Shown: positions 8,240 through 20,854 of the stretch, in pieces
Layout: each line of letters opens with the position of its first letter
Numbering within the stretch: the stretch's first letter is position 1
Source of the DNA: Gaiellaceae bacterium
GTDB lineage: Bacteria > Actinomycetota > Thermoleophilia > Gaiellales > Gaiellaceae
DNA: 64,000 bases
Direction of reading: 5' to 3'
NCBI GenBank assembly: GCA_035650615.1
Contig: DASRHI010000052.1
Location: 72,550 to 136,549, forward strand
The notes under the pieces: generated by a model
The model's database searches: none
The model's input: only the letters and a program-made list of their open reading frames with translations
Told to the model about the DNA's origin: nothing
Translations under genes and position numbers: made by a program

Positions 8240-9462
8240 ACGGAGAGGCGGCGGACCAGGCGTCCGCCGGCGGTCAATGGTAGCAGGGCGATCCACACGG
8301 CAGGGGCGGCGGCCAGCGCCGCCGCCGACACCGCCAGCGAGACCGACCCGCCCGCGGAGTAGACGACGCCGCCGCCGAGCGCGAGCGCCGCCCCGCTGAA
8401 GCTCGAGAGCCGGTCGGAGAAGCCGATCAGCCGGCCCCGCTCGGACGGCGCCGCACGCGAGACGAGCTCGGTCGAGGCGGCGACGAAGGCGACGTTCCAG
8501 CCGAGGCCGAGGCCGAAGAGCGAGAGCGACATCCCGCCGATCCCGGTCAGCCAGACGAGCGCCGCGTTCGAGGCGGCCATCACCGAGAGGCCGATCGCCA
8601 TCGAGCGCGCCCGGCCGACCCGCTCCACGACGTCGCCCACGACGAGCACGAGCCCGTACATCCCGAGGATGTGGAGGCTGATCACGGTGAACACGTCTCC
8701 GTGCCGGTGGCCGTGGCCGACGGCGACGTAGCCGGCGAGGTTCATGACGCCGACCATCACCGCGAAGCTCGCGACCGCGCCCGCGAGCGCGGTCGCGACG
8801 CCCGGGCGGCGCAGGACCTCCCGCAGCGGGGCCGGCGGCCCGTCCCGCTCCGCCTGCGTCGCGTAGGCGCGCGAGAGCTCCTTCGGGTCCTGCCGGATCC
8901 CGAGCGAGACGAGCAGGCCGGCGAGGGCAAAGAGCGACGAGCCGAGCCACGGCCAGGCGAGCTCGTCCGGCGTGAGGGCGCGATTCGCGAAGATCGGCCC
9001 GAACACGAGCGGCCCGAAGACCGCGCCGGAGACGGCCGCGAAGAGGACGAACGACATCCCGCGCGCGCGGCGCTCCGGCGCGAACATCTCGGCCGCGGCT
9101 GCGCGCGAGAGCAGCACGACCGCCTGCGACGCGCCGCAGAGGGCGAGGCCGAGGAAGACGAGCTCGCCCGACGTCGCCCAGCACCCGAGCGCCGTCAGCG
9201 CCGGCCCCGCGATGCCGAGCACGAAGCCGCCGCGGATCACCGGCATCCGCCCGACGCGGTCCGAGAGGTGGCCGGCCGGCCCCACCGCGAGCGCGCCGGC
9301 GACGAGGAACACCGCCGGGCCGAGGCCGAGGATGCTCTCGATCCCGGTGACCGCGACGAGCGTGACCGTCCCGAGGGCGACCGCGAGCTGGATCATCCCG
9401 GACAGGCAGACGAGGCCCGCCGCGAGCAGGATCGCGTTCCGCCTCGCCGGCGAGAGCGTCAC
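8236..9462 (-). CDS. MFS transporter (about 12 TM segments)
   Basis: Last 408 aa of track ORF 8236..10821 are hydrophobic-helix rich, with the MFS loop [12 protein letters not shown]. The GTG start overlaps the upstream stop (GTGA), and the stop overlaps the rplM ATG (ATGA). Confidence 0.8.
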   Translation of the reverse strand: MTLSPARRNAILLAAGLVCLSGMIQLAVALGTVTLVAVTGIESILGLGPAVFLVAGALAVGPAGHLSDRVGRMPVIRGGFVLGIAGPALTALGCWATSGELVFLGLALCGASQAVVLLSRAAAAEMFAPERRARGMSFVLFAAVSGAVFGPLVFGPIFANRALTPDELAWPWLGSSLFALAGLLVSLGIRQDPKELSRAYATQAERDGPPAPLREVLRRPGVATALAGAVASFAVMVGVMNLAGYVAVGHGHRHGDVFTVISLHILGMYGLVLVVGDVVERVGRARSMAIGLSVMAASNAALVWLTGIGGMSLSLFGLGLGWNVAFVAASTELVSRAAPSERGRLIGFSDRLSSFSGAALALGGGVVYSAGGSVSLAVSAAALAAAPAVWIALLPLTAGGRLVRRLSV

Positions 9463-9980
9463 CGGAGCAGCGCCTCGAGGCCGCTGCGGAAGGCGGCGGC
9501 GCCCCCGTGGGAGGGGTGCCGCACGTAGCGGCCGCCGAGCGCCTCGTGGGCGACCCGGCCGACGGCGACGACCCGGCGCCCGCCCGCCAGCTCGCGCGCG
9601 AACGCGACCCCGGCAGCGACCTCCGCCCGCGTCGGACGGCGGTTCGAGCGCTCGCCGCCGGGGTGGGTCGGGACGGCGTTCCAGAGCAGCACGTCGCCGG
9701 CGACGCCGAGCTCGGCGAGGACGCGGTGGACGACCGTCGCCGTCGCCTCGGCCGGGCCCGCGCCGGTGAGCTGGCGCTCGGAGGTGAGCGGGATCCCGGA
9801 CACGCGCGCTCCACGGTAGCCGGGCGCCTCGGCGACGAGCAAGACGGAGGAGCCGGCGCGCTCGTCCAGGTAGCGCTCGAGCCGCTCCCGCAGCAGGGGC
9901 GCCCGCCCGCCGTCCCGGTAGAAGTTGTACGTCGCGCCGATCTCGGCGGCGGCGAGCCGCTCGATGAAACCTCCCGTCAC
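9459..9980 (-). CDS. uracil-DNA glycosylase superfamily protein (family 4/5-like)
   Basis: Track ORF 9459..10118. It carries motif A-like [11 protein letters not shown] and motif B-like VRHPSHGG. The GTG start at 9980 is chosen because the upstream part overlaps the divergent PLD-like gene. Confidence 0.7.
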   Translation of the reverse strand: MTGGFIERLAAAEIGATYNFYRDGGRAPLLRERLERYLDERAGSSVLLVAEAPGYRGARVSGIPLTSERQLTGAGPAEATATVVHRVLAELGVAGDVLLWNAVPTHPGGERSNRRPTRAEVAAGVAFARELAGGRRVVAVGRVAHEALGGRYVRHPSHGGAAAFRSGLEALLR

Positions 9981-10992
9981 GATCCGTACTCTGACCGACG
10001 GCGGCCAGGCGCCGGAGGACGTCGCACGGGAGCTCGCCGCGTTCCTGGACGGCGCCCGCCGCACGCTCGACCTCGCGCAGTACGACTTCGACCTCGGCGA
10101 GGGGACGGCCGCGATCATCGGCGACGCGATCCGCCGCGCCCACGACCGCGGCGTCCGCGTGCGCCTCGTCTACAACGTCGACCACCGCAACCCGATCCCG
10201 GTGCCGCCTCCCCCCTCGCCCGACGAGGCGCTGATCGAGTCGCTCCCGGTCGACGCCACGCCCGTCGCGGGCGTGCCCGACCTGATGCACCACAAGTACG
10301 TCGTCCGCGACGCCGAGTCGGTCTGGACGGGCTCGACCAACTGGACGGACGACGCCTGGTCGCGGCAGGAGAACGTCGTGGCGATCGTCGCGTCGCCCGA
10401 CGTCGCCGCCGACTTCGAGCGCGACTTCGAGCAGCTCCTCTCCGCCGGCTCGGTCGCGGACACGGGCGGCGTCCCGCCCCGCTGGCACGGCGCCGTGCGT
10501 CCGTGGTTCACGCCCGGCCACGGCGAGGATCTCACGCACCGGATCGCGCAGGCGATCGCGCACGCGCGGCGCCGGGTCCGCGTCTGCTCGCCCGTGATCA
10601 CGTGCGGGCCGGTGCTCGCCGCGCTCGCGCTCGCCGTCGCGTCGCGCCGCGTGGACGTCGCCGGGTGCGTCGACGAGACGCAGGTGCGCGGCGTCGTCTA
10701 CCAGTGGCGCGAGGAGGGGAAGTCGTGGAAGCTCCCGCTGCTCGACCGGCTCGCGCGCGGCGAGTTCGCGGCGAAGCCCTCGACGCCGTACGGCGCGGGC
10801 GACGTGCACGACTTCATGCACGCGAAGCTCACCGTCTGCGACGACACCGCCTTCGTGGGCTCGTTCAACCTCTCGCGCTCCGGCGAGCGCAACGCCGAGA
10901 ACGTCCTCGAGCTCGCCGACGCGGCGATCGCCGAGAGGCTCGCCGCCTACGCCGACGAGGTCCGCGCCCGCTACCCGCCGCTCGCGCTCTGA
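9964..10992 (+). CDS. phospholipase D-like protein with two HKD motifs
   Basis: Track ORF 9925..10992. HKD motifs are [20 protein letters not shown] and [20 protein letters not shown]. The start is taken at MKPPV (9964). Confidence 0.8.
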   Translation: MKPPVTIRTLTDGGQAPEDVARELAAFLDGARRTLDLAQYDFDLGEGTAAIIGDAIRRAHDRGVRVRLVYNVDHRNPIPVPPPPSPDEALIESLPVDATPVAGVPDLMHHKYVVRDAESVWTGSTNWTDDAWSRQENVVAIVASPDVAADFERDFEQLLSAGSVADTGGVPPRWHGAVRPWFTPGHGEDLTHRIAQAIAHARRRVRVCSPVITCGPVLAALALAVASRRVDVAGCVDETQVRGVVYQWREEGKSWKLPLLDRLARGEFAAKPSTPYGAGDVHDFMHAKLTVCDDTAFVGSFNLSRSGERNAENVLELADAAIAERLAAYADEVRARYPPLAL

Positions 10993-11014
10993 GGCCGCGG
11001 CCGTGCGCCCGCTG

Positions 11015-11506
11015 CTACGCGCAGCCGGGCGCGCAGAGCGCGTGGGGCAGGCGCAGCACGTAGGTGTTCGGCGCCTTGTTGTCGCCCTTGCCGATGATCA
11101 GCGTGCCCTTCGCGCCCTTGAACGAGCCGGTGCCCCTGACGATCGGCACGTGGACGGTGCCGTCCTTCCGCTCCTTCATCTCGCCCGCGAACGTCACCGT
11201 CCCGTAGCCGGGGAAGGTCGTGACGCCCTCGATCTTCTGCGTCGTCGCGCTCGTGTAGAGCACGGTGCCGGCGTCGTAGCCGACCGGCTTGCCCTTCTTC
11301 TTGCCGAGCTGGTCGCCGGTCGCGACGAGCAGGTCCTTGAAGTCGATGCTGTCGCCCTTGTTCGGCTTGTTCCTGGGCGCCCGGTCGTGGATCTGCGTCA
11401 CCGTCGTGTACGACGTGAGCCTCAGGGTCACGGGCGTCGCCGCGCCCGCGCCGGGAGCGGCGACGAGGGCGGCCAGCGCGAGCGCCGGCAGGAGCCTGGG
11501 GGCCAC
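11015..11506 (-). CDS. secreted AOC-barrel/dirigent-like protein, paralogue 1
   Basis: Signal peptide MAPRLLPALALAALVAAPGAGA. Motifs DRAP..KGDSIDFKDLLV and PIVRGTGSFKGAKGTL and NTYVLRLP are shared with the adjacent paralogue. The family call comes from recalled motif similarity and has not been searched. Confidence 0.6.
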   Translation of the reverse strand: MAPRLLPALALAALVAAPGAGAATPVTLRLTSYTTVTQIHDRAPRNKPNKGDSIDFKDLLVATGDQLGKKKGKPVGYDAGTVLYTSATTQKIEGVTTFPGYGTVTFAGEMKERKDGTVHVPIVRGTGSFKGAKGTLIIGKGDNKAPNTYVLRLPHALCAPGCA

Positions 11507-11533
11507 CCGGGCATTGTGCCCGACGCCGGGCGG

Positions 11534-12003
11534 TCAGGCCACCGGGGCCGAGGGGAGGGTCAGGCTGTAGGTGTTGAGGGCGCGCTTCTCGCCGGGGCCG
11601 ACGAGGAGGAAGCCGCGCGCCTTCGCGAAGCGGCCCGTGCCGCCGGCGACGGGGATCGCGAGCGAGTCGCCTGCGAGCGGCACCACCTTCCCCTCGAGCC
11701 TGAGCGTGCCGCCGGGCAGCACCGCGCGTCCCGAGAAGCGCGCCGTGTGGGCGCCGGTGAAGGTCATCGTCCCGCGGTCCGAGCCGACGACCGCGCCCTT
11801 CGGCCTGCCGAACTGGGCGGCGGCGTTCACGAGCCGGTCACGGAAGACGATCGTGTCGCCCCTGCTCGTCCCCTTCGGCGCGCGGTCGGTCTGCTTCACC
11901 GAGAGCGCGACGGAGGTGACCTGGATCGTCAGCTTCTCGGCGGCGGCGGCGGGAGCGCCGGCGAGGGCCGCCAGGCCCGCGGCGAGCAGCGCTCCCCTCG
12001 CCC

Positions 12004-12007
<4 letters not shown>
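11534..12007 (-). CDS. secreted AOC-barrel/dirigent-like protein, paralogue 2
   Basis: Last 157 aa of track ORF 11534..12811. Signal-like [18 protein letters not shown], then [36 protein letters not shown] and NTYSLTLP. The GTG start overlaps the guaA stop (GTGA). Confidence 0.6.
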
Positions 12008-13512
<1,505 letters not shown>

Positions 13513-13561
13513 GAGGACGGGCCGCTCCTCGAGGAGCGGCTCCGGGTGCAGCGGGACGACC

Positions 13562-15091
<1,530 letters not shown>

Positions 15092-16045
15092 CTAGACGGC
15101 AAGCGGCGCGAGCTCGGTGACCCGCACCCCGGGCTGGAGCGCGGCCGCCTGCCGCGGGTCGAAGATCCCCGCGCCGAGCTCGAGCGTCGACGCGGCGCCC
15201 GCCGCGACGGCGGCGCGGAGCGCGTCCTCGTGCGGGCGGCCGGCCGTGTGCGCGGCGACGAACGCCGCGAGCAGCGTGTCGCCCGCCCCGACCGTCGAGA
15301 CCGGGTCGACCCGCGGCGCGTCGACGCGGTAGCGCCGCACCGTCCGGTCCTCGCGCAGGAGCGCGTAGCACCCGGACGAGGTCGTGATCAGGACGTTCCG
15401 GGCGCCCATCTCCGCGATCTCCTCGAGGCCCATCTGGAAGTCCTCCTCGTCGTGGAACTCCTGCCCGACGAGGCCCTCCGCCTCCGCCTGGTTCGGCGAG
15501 ACGAGGAACGGCTCCGCCTCGACGCCATGGCGGAGCGGCTCGCCCTCGCAGTCGAGCGCCGAGGGGAGCTGGCGCCGCGCGAGGTCGCGGATCGCCTCCG
15601 CGTAGAACCCGTCCTCGACGTCGCGCGGGAGCGAGCCGGCGAACACGACGAGCTCGGCGCCCTTCGCGAGGTAGTCGAGCTTCTCGCGCAGCATCTCGAG
15701 CTCCTCCGGCCTGACCGCCGGCCCCCACTCGTTGATCTCGGTGTAGGTGTTCGTGGTCGGGTCGACGACGGCCGTCGTCGTCCGCGACTCGCCCTCGATC
15801 CGCACGAAGTCGTTCAGGATCGCCTCGCCGGTCAGCCGCTCGACGATCCGCAGGCCCGCCTGCCCGCCGGCGAGGCCGGTCGCGACCACCGGCACGCCGA
15901 GCGTCTTCAGCGCCCGCGCGACGTTCACGCCCTTGCCGCCCGCGAGCGGGAAGCCGGCGCTCGCGCGGTGGCGCTGCCCGCGCTGGAAGTTGGGCACGGT
16001 GATCGTGCGGGCGAAGGCGGCGTTGAGGGTGACGGTGACGATCAC
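15092..16045 (-). CDS. PfkB-family sugar-phosphate kinase (1-phosphofructokinase/tagatose-6-phosphate kinase-like)
   Basis: GGKGVNVARAL and STVGAGDTLLAAF (PfkB signatures); 317 aa. Confidence 0.85.
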   Translation of the reverse strand: MIVTVTLNAAFARTITVPNFQRGQRHRASAGFPLAGGKGVNVARALKTLGVPVVATGLAGGQAGLRIVERLTGEAILNDFVRIEGESRTTTAVVDPTTNTYTEINEWGPAVRPEELEMLREKLDYLAKGAELVVFAGSLPRDVEDGFYAEAIRDLARRQLPSALDCEGEPLRHGVEAEPFLVSPNQAEAEGLVGQEFHDEEDFQMGLEEIAEMGARNVLITTSSGCYALLREDRTVRRYRVDAPRVDPVSTVGAGDTLLAAFVAAHTAGRPHEDALRAAVAAGAASTLELGAGIFDPRQAAALQPGVRVTELAPLAV

Positions 16046-16049
16046 GGGC

Positions 16050-17195
16050 TCAGGTGAAGAGGCCGGCGAGGTGGTGGAGCGTCCGGCGCGCGTACCAGGT
16101 CACGCGGCCGCCGAGGCCGGGCCGCTCGACCGAGCGCGCGGCGACGAGGGGCCTGCGGCCCACGAGCCTGCGGCCGGCCCAGACCTCGACCTCCCCGAGC
16201 ACCTGGCCGCGGCGGACCGGGAGCGCCGCGAGCCTCGGCGCGACGACCCGCTGGACGAGCCGCCCCTCGGGTCGGACGACGGCGCGGAGCGGCGAGGCCG
16301 GGACGAGCGCGAGCGGCGCGAGCCCGTACGGCAGCGCGACCCGCGCGTAGCTGCGGCCGGGTGCGACCGCCTCGACGACGAGGAGGCGCGAGAGGCCCCA
16401 CGAGAGCAGCCGCTCGAGGTCGGCGTTCCGCTGCTCGCGCGTCCTGCCGCCGAGCACGGTCGCGTAGACCGTGACCGGGCCGCGCCGCTCGACCGCGACC
16501 TCCGACCAGCCGGCGTCGTCGGTGTGGCCGGTCTTGACCCCGACGACGCCCGGGACGGAGCCGAGCAGGTCGTTCCAGGTGTGGAGCGTGCGGCCCCCCG
16601 CGATCGCCGCCGTCCGCTCGGCGACCGTGCGGCGGACGAACGGGACGCGCATCGCGGCGCGGGCGAGAGTCGTGACGTCGGCCGCGGTCGCGTAGGCTCC
16701 CGGGGCGTCGAGCCCGTCGGGGCGGACGAAGTGCGAGTGCCGCAGGCCGAGACGCTCGGCCTTCGCGTTCATGAGGTTCGCGAACGCGAGCAGGTTGGGC
16801 GAGGTCGCGAGCGCGAGCGCGACGGCCGCGTCGTTCGCGGACTGGATCAGCGCGCCGCGGACGAGGTCGGCGACCGCCAGCCGCTCGCCCGCCCGCAGCG
16901 CGATGCTCTCCTGGCCGACGGCCGCGGCGCGCGGGTCGACCGTCACGACGTCCGAGAGCCGGTGGTGGTCGAGCGCCACGAGCACGGTGAGGAGCTTCGT
17001 GATCGAGGCGATCGCCCGCCGGTCCTGCGCGTGCGAGGCGGCGAGCACCTCGCCGGCCCCGTCCTCGACGACCCACGCCGGCGCCGAGACCGCGGGCAGG
17101 GGCGGCGGCGCGGCAGGCGCGGCCGGGGCTGCGGCGGCCGCGAGGGAGCAGCCGGCCGCGAGCGCCGAGAGGAGGCCGAGCGCCGCCCTCTTCAC
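16050..17195 (-). CDS. D-alanyl-D-alanine carboxypeptidase (serine peptidase S11, PBP5-like)
   Basis: Signal peptide, then SITK (SxxK), QSAND (SxN) and VKTGHT (KTG). The GTG start overlaps the upstream stop (GTGA). Confidence 0.9.
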   Translation of the reverse strand: MKRAALGLLSALAAGCSLAAAAAPAAPAAPPPLPAVSAPAWVVEDGAGEVLAASHAQDRRAIASITKLLTVLVALDHHRLSDVVTVDPRAAAVGQESIALRAGERLAVADLVRGALIQSANDAAVALALATSPNLLAFANLMNAKAERLGLRHSHFVRPDGLDAPGAYATAADVTTLARAAMRVPFVRRTVAERTAAIAGGRTLHTWNDLLGSVPGVVGVKTGHTDDAGWSEVAVERRGPVTVYATVLGGRTREQRNADLERLLSWGLSRLLVVEAVAPGRSYARVALPYGLAPLALVPASPLRAVVRPEGRLVQRVVAPRLAALPVRRGQVLGEVEVWAGRRLVGRRPLVAARSVERPGLGGRVTWYARRTLHHLAGLFT

Positions 17196-17515
17196 CGCAG
17201 GCGGATCCGCTGGCCGATGAAGAGCGCTGTCGGCTGCAGGTTCGGGTTCAGCTTGCGAAGCTCGTGCACCGGGACCCCCGTCCGTGCCGCGACGGCCTCG
17301 AGTGTATCGCCGGCGCGGATCACGTACGTGCGGCGCGGGGCGTTGGTGGCGGCGTGCCGCTGCGCCGCGGCGGGCTTCGGCGCCGGGTGCGACCGCGCCG
17401 GGTGGTGCGGGTCGGACAGGAGCGCCCGGACCCCGAGGACCGCGAGCGTCGCGGCGGCGAGGAACGCGGCGGGCGCCGCGAGCGGCCGCCAGGACCGCCG
17501 GGGGAGGGCTACCAC
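17192..17515 (-). CDS. membrane-anchored LysM domain protein
   Basis: Tail of track ORF 17192..18127: a TM helix (PLAAPAAFLAATLAVLGVRALL) followed by a LysM domain (YVIRAGDTLEAVAARTGVPVHELRKLNPNL..IGQRIRL). The GTG start overlaps the pyrF stop (GTGGTAG). Confidence 0.75.
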   Translation of the reverse strand: MVALPRRSWRPLAAPAAFLAAATLAVLGVRALLSDPHHPARSHPAPKPAAAQRHAATNAPRRTYVIRAGDTLEAVAARTGVPVHELRKLNPNLQPTALFIGQRIRLR

Positions 17516-18369
17516 CCCGAGACCGCCCAGATCTGCTCGCGCAGGCGCGCCGCCTCGGCCCCGGCGGCGGCGCGGTAGTCGCCGCCGCGCTCGCGGAAGG
17601 CGTAGTCGATCGAGCGCGACACGCTGACGAGGGCGCTCGCGGGCCCGCTCGTGAACGCGCGCGCCACCTCCGCCGGGCCGGCGCCCTGGGCGCCGACGCC
17701 GGGCAGCAGCAGCACCGTCCGCGGCATCAGCCTGCGCGCCTCGGTGACGGCGCGCGGGTGGGTCGCGCCGATCACGGCGCCGACCGCCGAGAGGCCGTGC
17801 TCGCCGACCGCCTCGGCGCCCCACTCGGCGACGAGCCCGGCGACGTGCTGCCACACCGGCCGGCCGTCCGAGAGCGCCAGGTCCTGCACGTCCCCGCCCG
17901 CGTTCGAGGTCTTCACGACGCAGAAGACGCCCGCTCCCCCGCGGCGGGCGGCGGCGAGGTACGGCTCGATCGACTCGCGGCCGAGGTACGGGTTCACGGT
18001 GAGCGCGTCGGCGAGCGGCTCCTCGCCCTCGAGGTAGGCGGCCGCGTACGCGCGCGCCGTCGAGCCGATGTCGCCGCGCTTGCCGTCGGCGATCACGAGC
18101 AGCCCCGCGCGGCGCGCGTACCCGCACACCTCGGCGAACGCGCCCATCCCCGCGGCTCCGAGCGCCTCGAAGAAGGCGAGCTGCGGCTTCACCGCGACCG
18201 CGTGCGGCGCGACGGCGTCGACGATCCCGCAGCAGAAGCGCTCGACGTCGCCGCGGAGCTCGACCGGCAGGAGCTCTGGCCGGGGGTCGAGGCCGACGAC
18301 GAGCTGGCTGCGCTTGCGCTCGACCTCGGCGGCGAGCCGGTCGCCGAAGGTGAGCGTCGCGACGGCCAT
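17509..18369 (-). CDS. pyrF: orotidine 5'-phosphate decarboxylase (type 2)
   Basis: QLVVGLDPR and IADGKRGDIGSTA; the 286-aa length is typical of the long actinobacterial type. Confidence 0.9.
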   Translation of the reverse strand: MAVATLTFGDRLAAEVERKRSQLVVGLDPRPELLPVELRGDVERFCCGIVDAVAPHAVAVKPQLAFFEALGAAGMGAFAEVCGYARRAGLLVIADGKRGDIGSTARAYAAAYLEGEEPLADALTVNPYLGRESIEPYLAAARRGGAGVFCVVKTSNAGGDVQDLALSDGRPVWQHVAGLVAEWGAEAVGEHGLSAVGAVIGATHPRAVTEARRLMPRTVLLLPGVGAQGAGPAEVARAFTSGPASALVSVSRSIDYAFRERGGDYRAAAGAEAARLREQIWAVSGW

Positions 18370-18400
18370 CCGCCCCGAAGGGTAGTGACCGCCGACGACA

Positions 18401-18423
18401 GAGGGCCGCGCGGAGCGGCCCTC
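18401..18423 (-). terminator. stem-loop downstream of hup
   Basis: GAGGGCCGC-GCGGA-GCGGCCCTC, a perfect 9-bp stem with a 5-nt loop, lies about 25 nt after the hup stop. The trailing U-tract is weak. Confidence 0.45.
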
Positions 18424-18447
18424 CGGTGTCGCTCGAAGCCTCCGGCC

Positions 18448-18723
18448 TCAGCCCTTGAGCGCGGCCTTCAGCTGGCTGCCGGCGCTGAACTTCGGGACGG
18501 TCGTGGCGGCGATCTGAACGCGCTCCCCGGTGCGCGGGTTCACGCCCTGACGCGCGGCGCGGTGGGCCGCCGAGAACTTGCCGAAGCCCGTGAAGTTGAT
18601 CGAGTCGCCGCTCTTCAGCGTCTCGGTCACGGCCTCCATGAAGGCGTCGACGGCCTTGCCCGCGTCGCGGTTCGACAGGCCGCTCTTCGCCGCGACCTTG
18701 TTGATGAAATCCTGCTTCGTCAA
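18448..18723 (-). CDS. hup: HU-family nucleoid-associated DNA-binding protein
   Basis: MTKQDFINKVA ... GFGKFSAAHRAARQGVNPRTGERVQIAATTVPKFSAG. TTG start preceded by GAGGAGGAAGG; 91 aa. Confidence 0.95.
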   Translation of the reverse strand: MTKQDFINKVAAKSGLSNRDAGKAVDAFMEAVTETLKSGDSINFTGFGKFSAAHRAARQGVNPRTGERVQIAATTVPKFSAGSQLKAALKG

Positions 18724-18798
18724 AGCCTTCCTCCTCGTTGGGGACGCCGGTTGCTCGAAACCTCGTCGAAAGAGGCTAACAACGGCGTCGGATATCGC

Positions 18799-19338
18799 TT
18801 AACCATGCGGTTTTGCGGCAATTTTCCCCAGGTCCGAGGCGGTCAGGAGCGGCCAGAGGCGGACGGCGGCGCGGGCGAGGGCGTCCGCCCCTCCCTCCTC
18901 CCTGTCGACGACGCAGACGGCGTTCGAGACCCGCAGCCCGGCCGCCCTCAGGGCCTCGACGGCCTCGAGCGCGGCCCCGCCCGAGGTGACCACGTCCTCC
19001 ACGAGGCAGACGAGCTCGCCCGGCTCGAAGGCGCCCTCGATCCGGTTCGCCGTGCCGTGCTCCTTCGCCCGCCCGCGGACGATCACGAAGGGGAGCCCGA
19101 GCTCGAGCGAGGCCGCCGTCGCGAGCGTGACGGCGCCGAGCTCGGGCGCGGCGAGCCGGACGGCGTCCGGCTCGTGCGCCCGCACGGCGGCGGCGATCGC
19201 CGCGCCGAGCGGCCGGAGCAGGTCGGGCCGGGTGCCGAACCGGTACTTGTCGAGGTAGTAGGAGCTCCGGCGCCCGGAGCGGAGCACGAAGTCGCCCTCG
19301 AGGAGCGCCGCCTCCCGGATCGCGCCCGCGAGCTCCAC
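18799..19338 (-). CDS. pyrE: orotate phosphoribosyltransferase
   Basis: GDFVLRSGRRSSYYLDK and the PRPP loop VCLVEDVVTSGGA; 179 aa. Confidence 0.92.
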   Translation of the reverse strand: MELAGAIREAALLEGDFVLRSGRRSSYYLDKYRFGTRPDLLRPLGAAIAAAVRAHEPDAVRLAAPELGAVTLATAASLELGLPFVIVRGRAKEHGTANRIEGAFEPGELVCLVEDVVTSGGAALEAVEALRAAGLRVSNAVCVVDREEGGADALARAAVRLWPLLTASDLGKIAAKPHG

Positions 19339-19541
19339 TAGCCCGGGAGCGCGACGAGCTCCCGCGCGGCCGCGAGCGCCCGCTCGGCGCCGGGCGAGCC
19401 GCCGGCGATCGAGGCCATCGAGCCGTCCGGCGCGTAGAGGTCGAGGCGCTCGAGGCGCCGCCGGGCGCGGCGGCGGTAGAGGAGCGAGCCCGACACGGCG
19501 CCCGCGCCGAGCATGAGCGTGGTCACGAGCCTAGGCGGCAT
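19338..19541 (-). CDS. small hypothetical membrane-anchored protein (67 aa)
   Basis: Internal Met of track ORF 19338..19628: MPPRLVTTLMLGAGAVSGSLLYRRR, one TM helix. It overlaps the upstream gene by 11 nt and abuts pyrE. No recognised family. Confidence 0.35.
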   Translation of the reverse strand: MPPRLVTTLMLGAGAVSGSLLYRRRARRRLERLDLYAPDGSMASIAGGSPGAERALAAARELVALPG

Positions 19542-19938
19542 CCGCGGCCTTCCGCCTCGCGGGGCGGCCTCCGCCGGCGGGAGGCTCGCCGAGCGAGGCC
19601 AGGCAGTGCTTGAGGTCGTAGAAGACAAGCCCGGCGGTCGCGTCGGGGTGCGTCGTCGCCGCGACGACCGGCGCGGCGGCCCCGGCCTCGCGGCGCACGG
19701 CGAAGACGCTGCCGCCGAGGGTCGCCGCCTCGAGCTGCGACACGGCGGGGAGCCCCCGCTCGCGCGCGAGCGCGTCCGCCTCCTCGAGGAGCGTCCTCAC
19801 GCCGGCGGCGAAGCGCGCCGCGCGGCCGGCATCGGGAATCGTCGCCGCGAGCAGGGCCCCGCTCCCGTCGATGATCGCGGCGTGGACGACCTGGGAGGAG
19901 ATCTCGGTGAGATCCGCGAGCGCCTGACCGGCGTCCAT
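19531..19938 (-). CDS. Roadblock/LC7 (MglB-like) domain protein
   Basis: Track ORF 19531..20022, from MDAGQALADLTEISSQVVHAAIIDGSGALLAAT ... GSVFAVRRE ... VVAATTHPDATAGLVFYDLK. The alpha-beta-alpha pattern is typical of Roadblock/LC7. The assignment is from pattern recall only. Confidence 0.5.
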   Translation of the reverse strand: MDAGQALADLTEISSQVVHAAIIDGSGALLAATIPDAGRAARFAAGVRTLLEEADALARERGLPAVSQLEAATLGGSVFAVRREAGAAAPVVAATTHPDATAGLVFYDLKHCLASLGEPPAGGGRPARRKAADAA

Positions 19939-20854
19939 GGGCCGGAGCATACTGAGGGCCAGGGTGGCGTCCCATTCGAGCCTGGGCGCGGTCGCGCGGA
20001 AGTTCTTCGCCGACCGCGGCACGCACCTGGCCGCGATGATCGCCTACTTCGCGCTCCTCTCGTTCGTCCCGCTCCTCTTCCTCTCGCTCGCCCTCCTCGG
20101 CGTCGCCGGCCAGGCGCACCAGAACTCGTTCTTCGTGCGCGAGCTCCACCGGACGTTCCCGAGCACCTCGCTCGACTCGATCCTCCGGGCCGTGCGGGCG
20201 ATCCGCGAGAACGCGACCGCGCTCGGCGTCGTCGGCGGCGCGTTCCTCGCCTGGTCGTCGCTCTCGCTCTTCTCGGTGCTCGAGAGCGCGTTCAACATCG
20301 TCTACGGCCGGCCGAACCGGCCGTTCCTGCGCGGGAAGGCGCTCGCCACGCTGATGATGGTCGGCTCGCTCGCGTTCCTGTTCGCGTCGCTCGTCGTCGG
20401 CTCGGTGGGCGCCGAGATCATGAAGCGCTACGCGGGCCTCCATAACTCGCCGGTCGTCGCGAACCTCGTCTCGGTCGGCGTCTCCCTGGCCGGCGTGTTC
20501 GTCTTCCTCGCGTCCGCGTACGTGGTGCTCACGAACGACGACGTCGGCTGGCGCGAGGTGATCCCCGGCGCGGCCTTCGCGGCGGTCGTGCTCGAGGGCA
20601 CGTTCCAGCTCCTCCCCGCCTTCGTGCACGTCTCGAAGCACAACCCGGTCCTGCAGACGCTCTCCGGCCCGGCGGTGCTCCTCGTCTGGCTCTACGTGAT
20701 GGCGAACGTGATCGTGATCGGCGCCGAGGTCAACTGGCACCGGCGCTACGGATCGCCTCGAGCAGCGCCGACGCGGCGAGCGCGCGATGGGAGTGGACGC
20801 GTTTCCAGGCGTCTCCGAGCTCCGCGACCGTCCGGTCGTGCCCCGCGGGGATGA
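19937..20854 (+). CDS. YihY/BrkB-family inner-membrane protein
   Basis: FFADRGTHLAAMIAYFALLSFVPLLFL, multiple TM helices, and NVIVIGAEVN near the end. The Arg-rich last 30 or so codons overlap the convergent rdgB, so the true stop or end is uncertain. Confidence 0.8.
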   Translation: MGRSILRARVASHSSLGAVARKFFADRGTHLAAMIAYFALLSFVPLLFLSLALLGVAGQAHQNSFFVRELHRTFPSTSLDSILRAVRAIRENATALGVVGGAFLAWSSLSLFSVLESAFNIVYGRPNRPFLRGKALATLMMVGSLAFLFASLVVGSVGAEIMKRYAGLHNSPVVANLVSVGVSLAGVFVFLASAYVVLTNDDVGWREVIPGAAFAAVVLEGTFQLLPAFVHVSKHNPVLQTLSGPAVLLVWLYVMANVIVIGAEVNWHRRYGSPRAAPTRRARDGSGRVSRRLRAPRPSGRAPRG

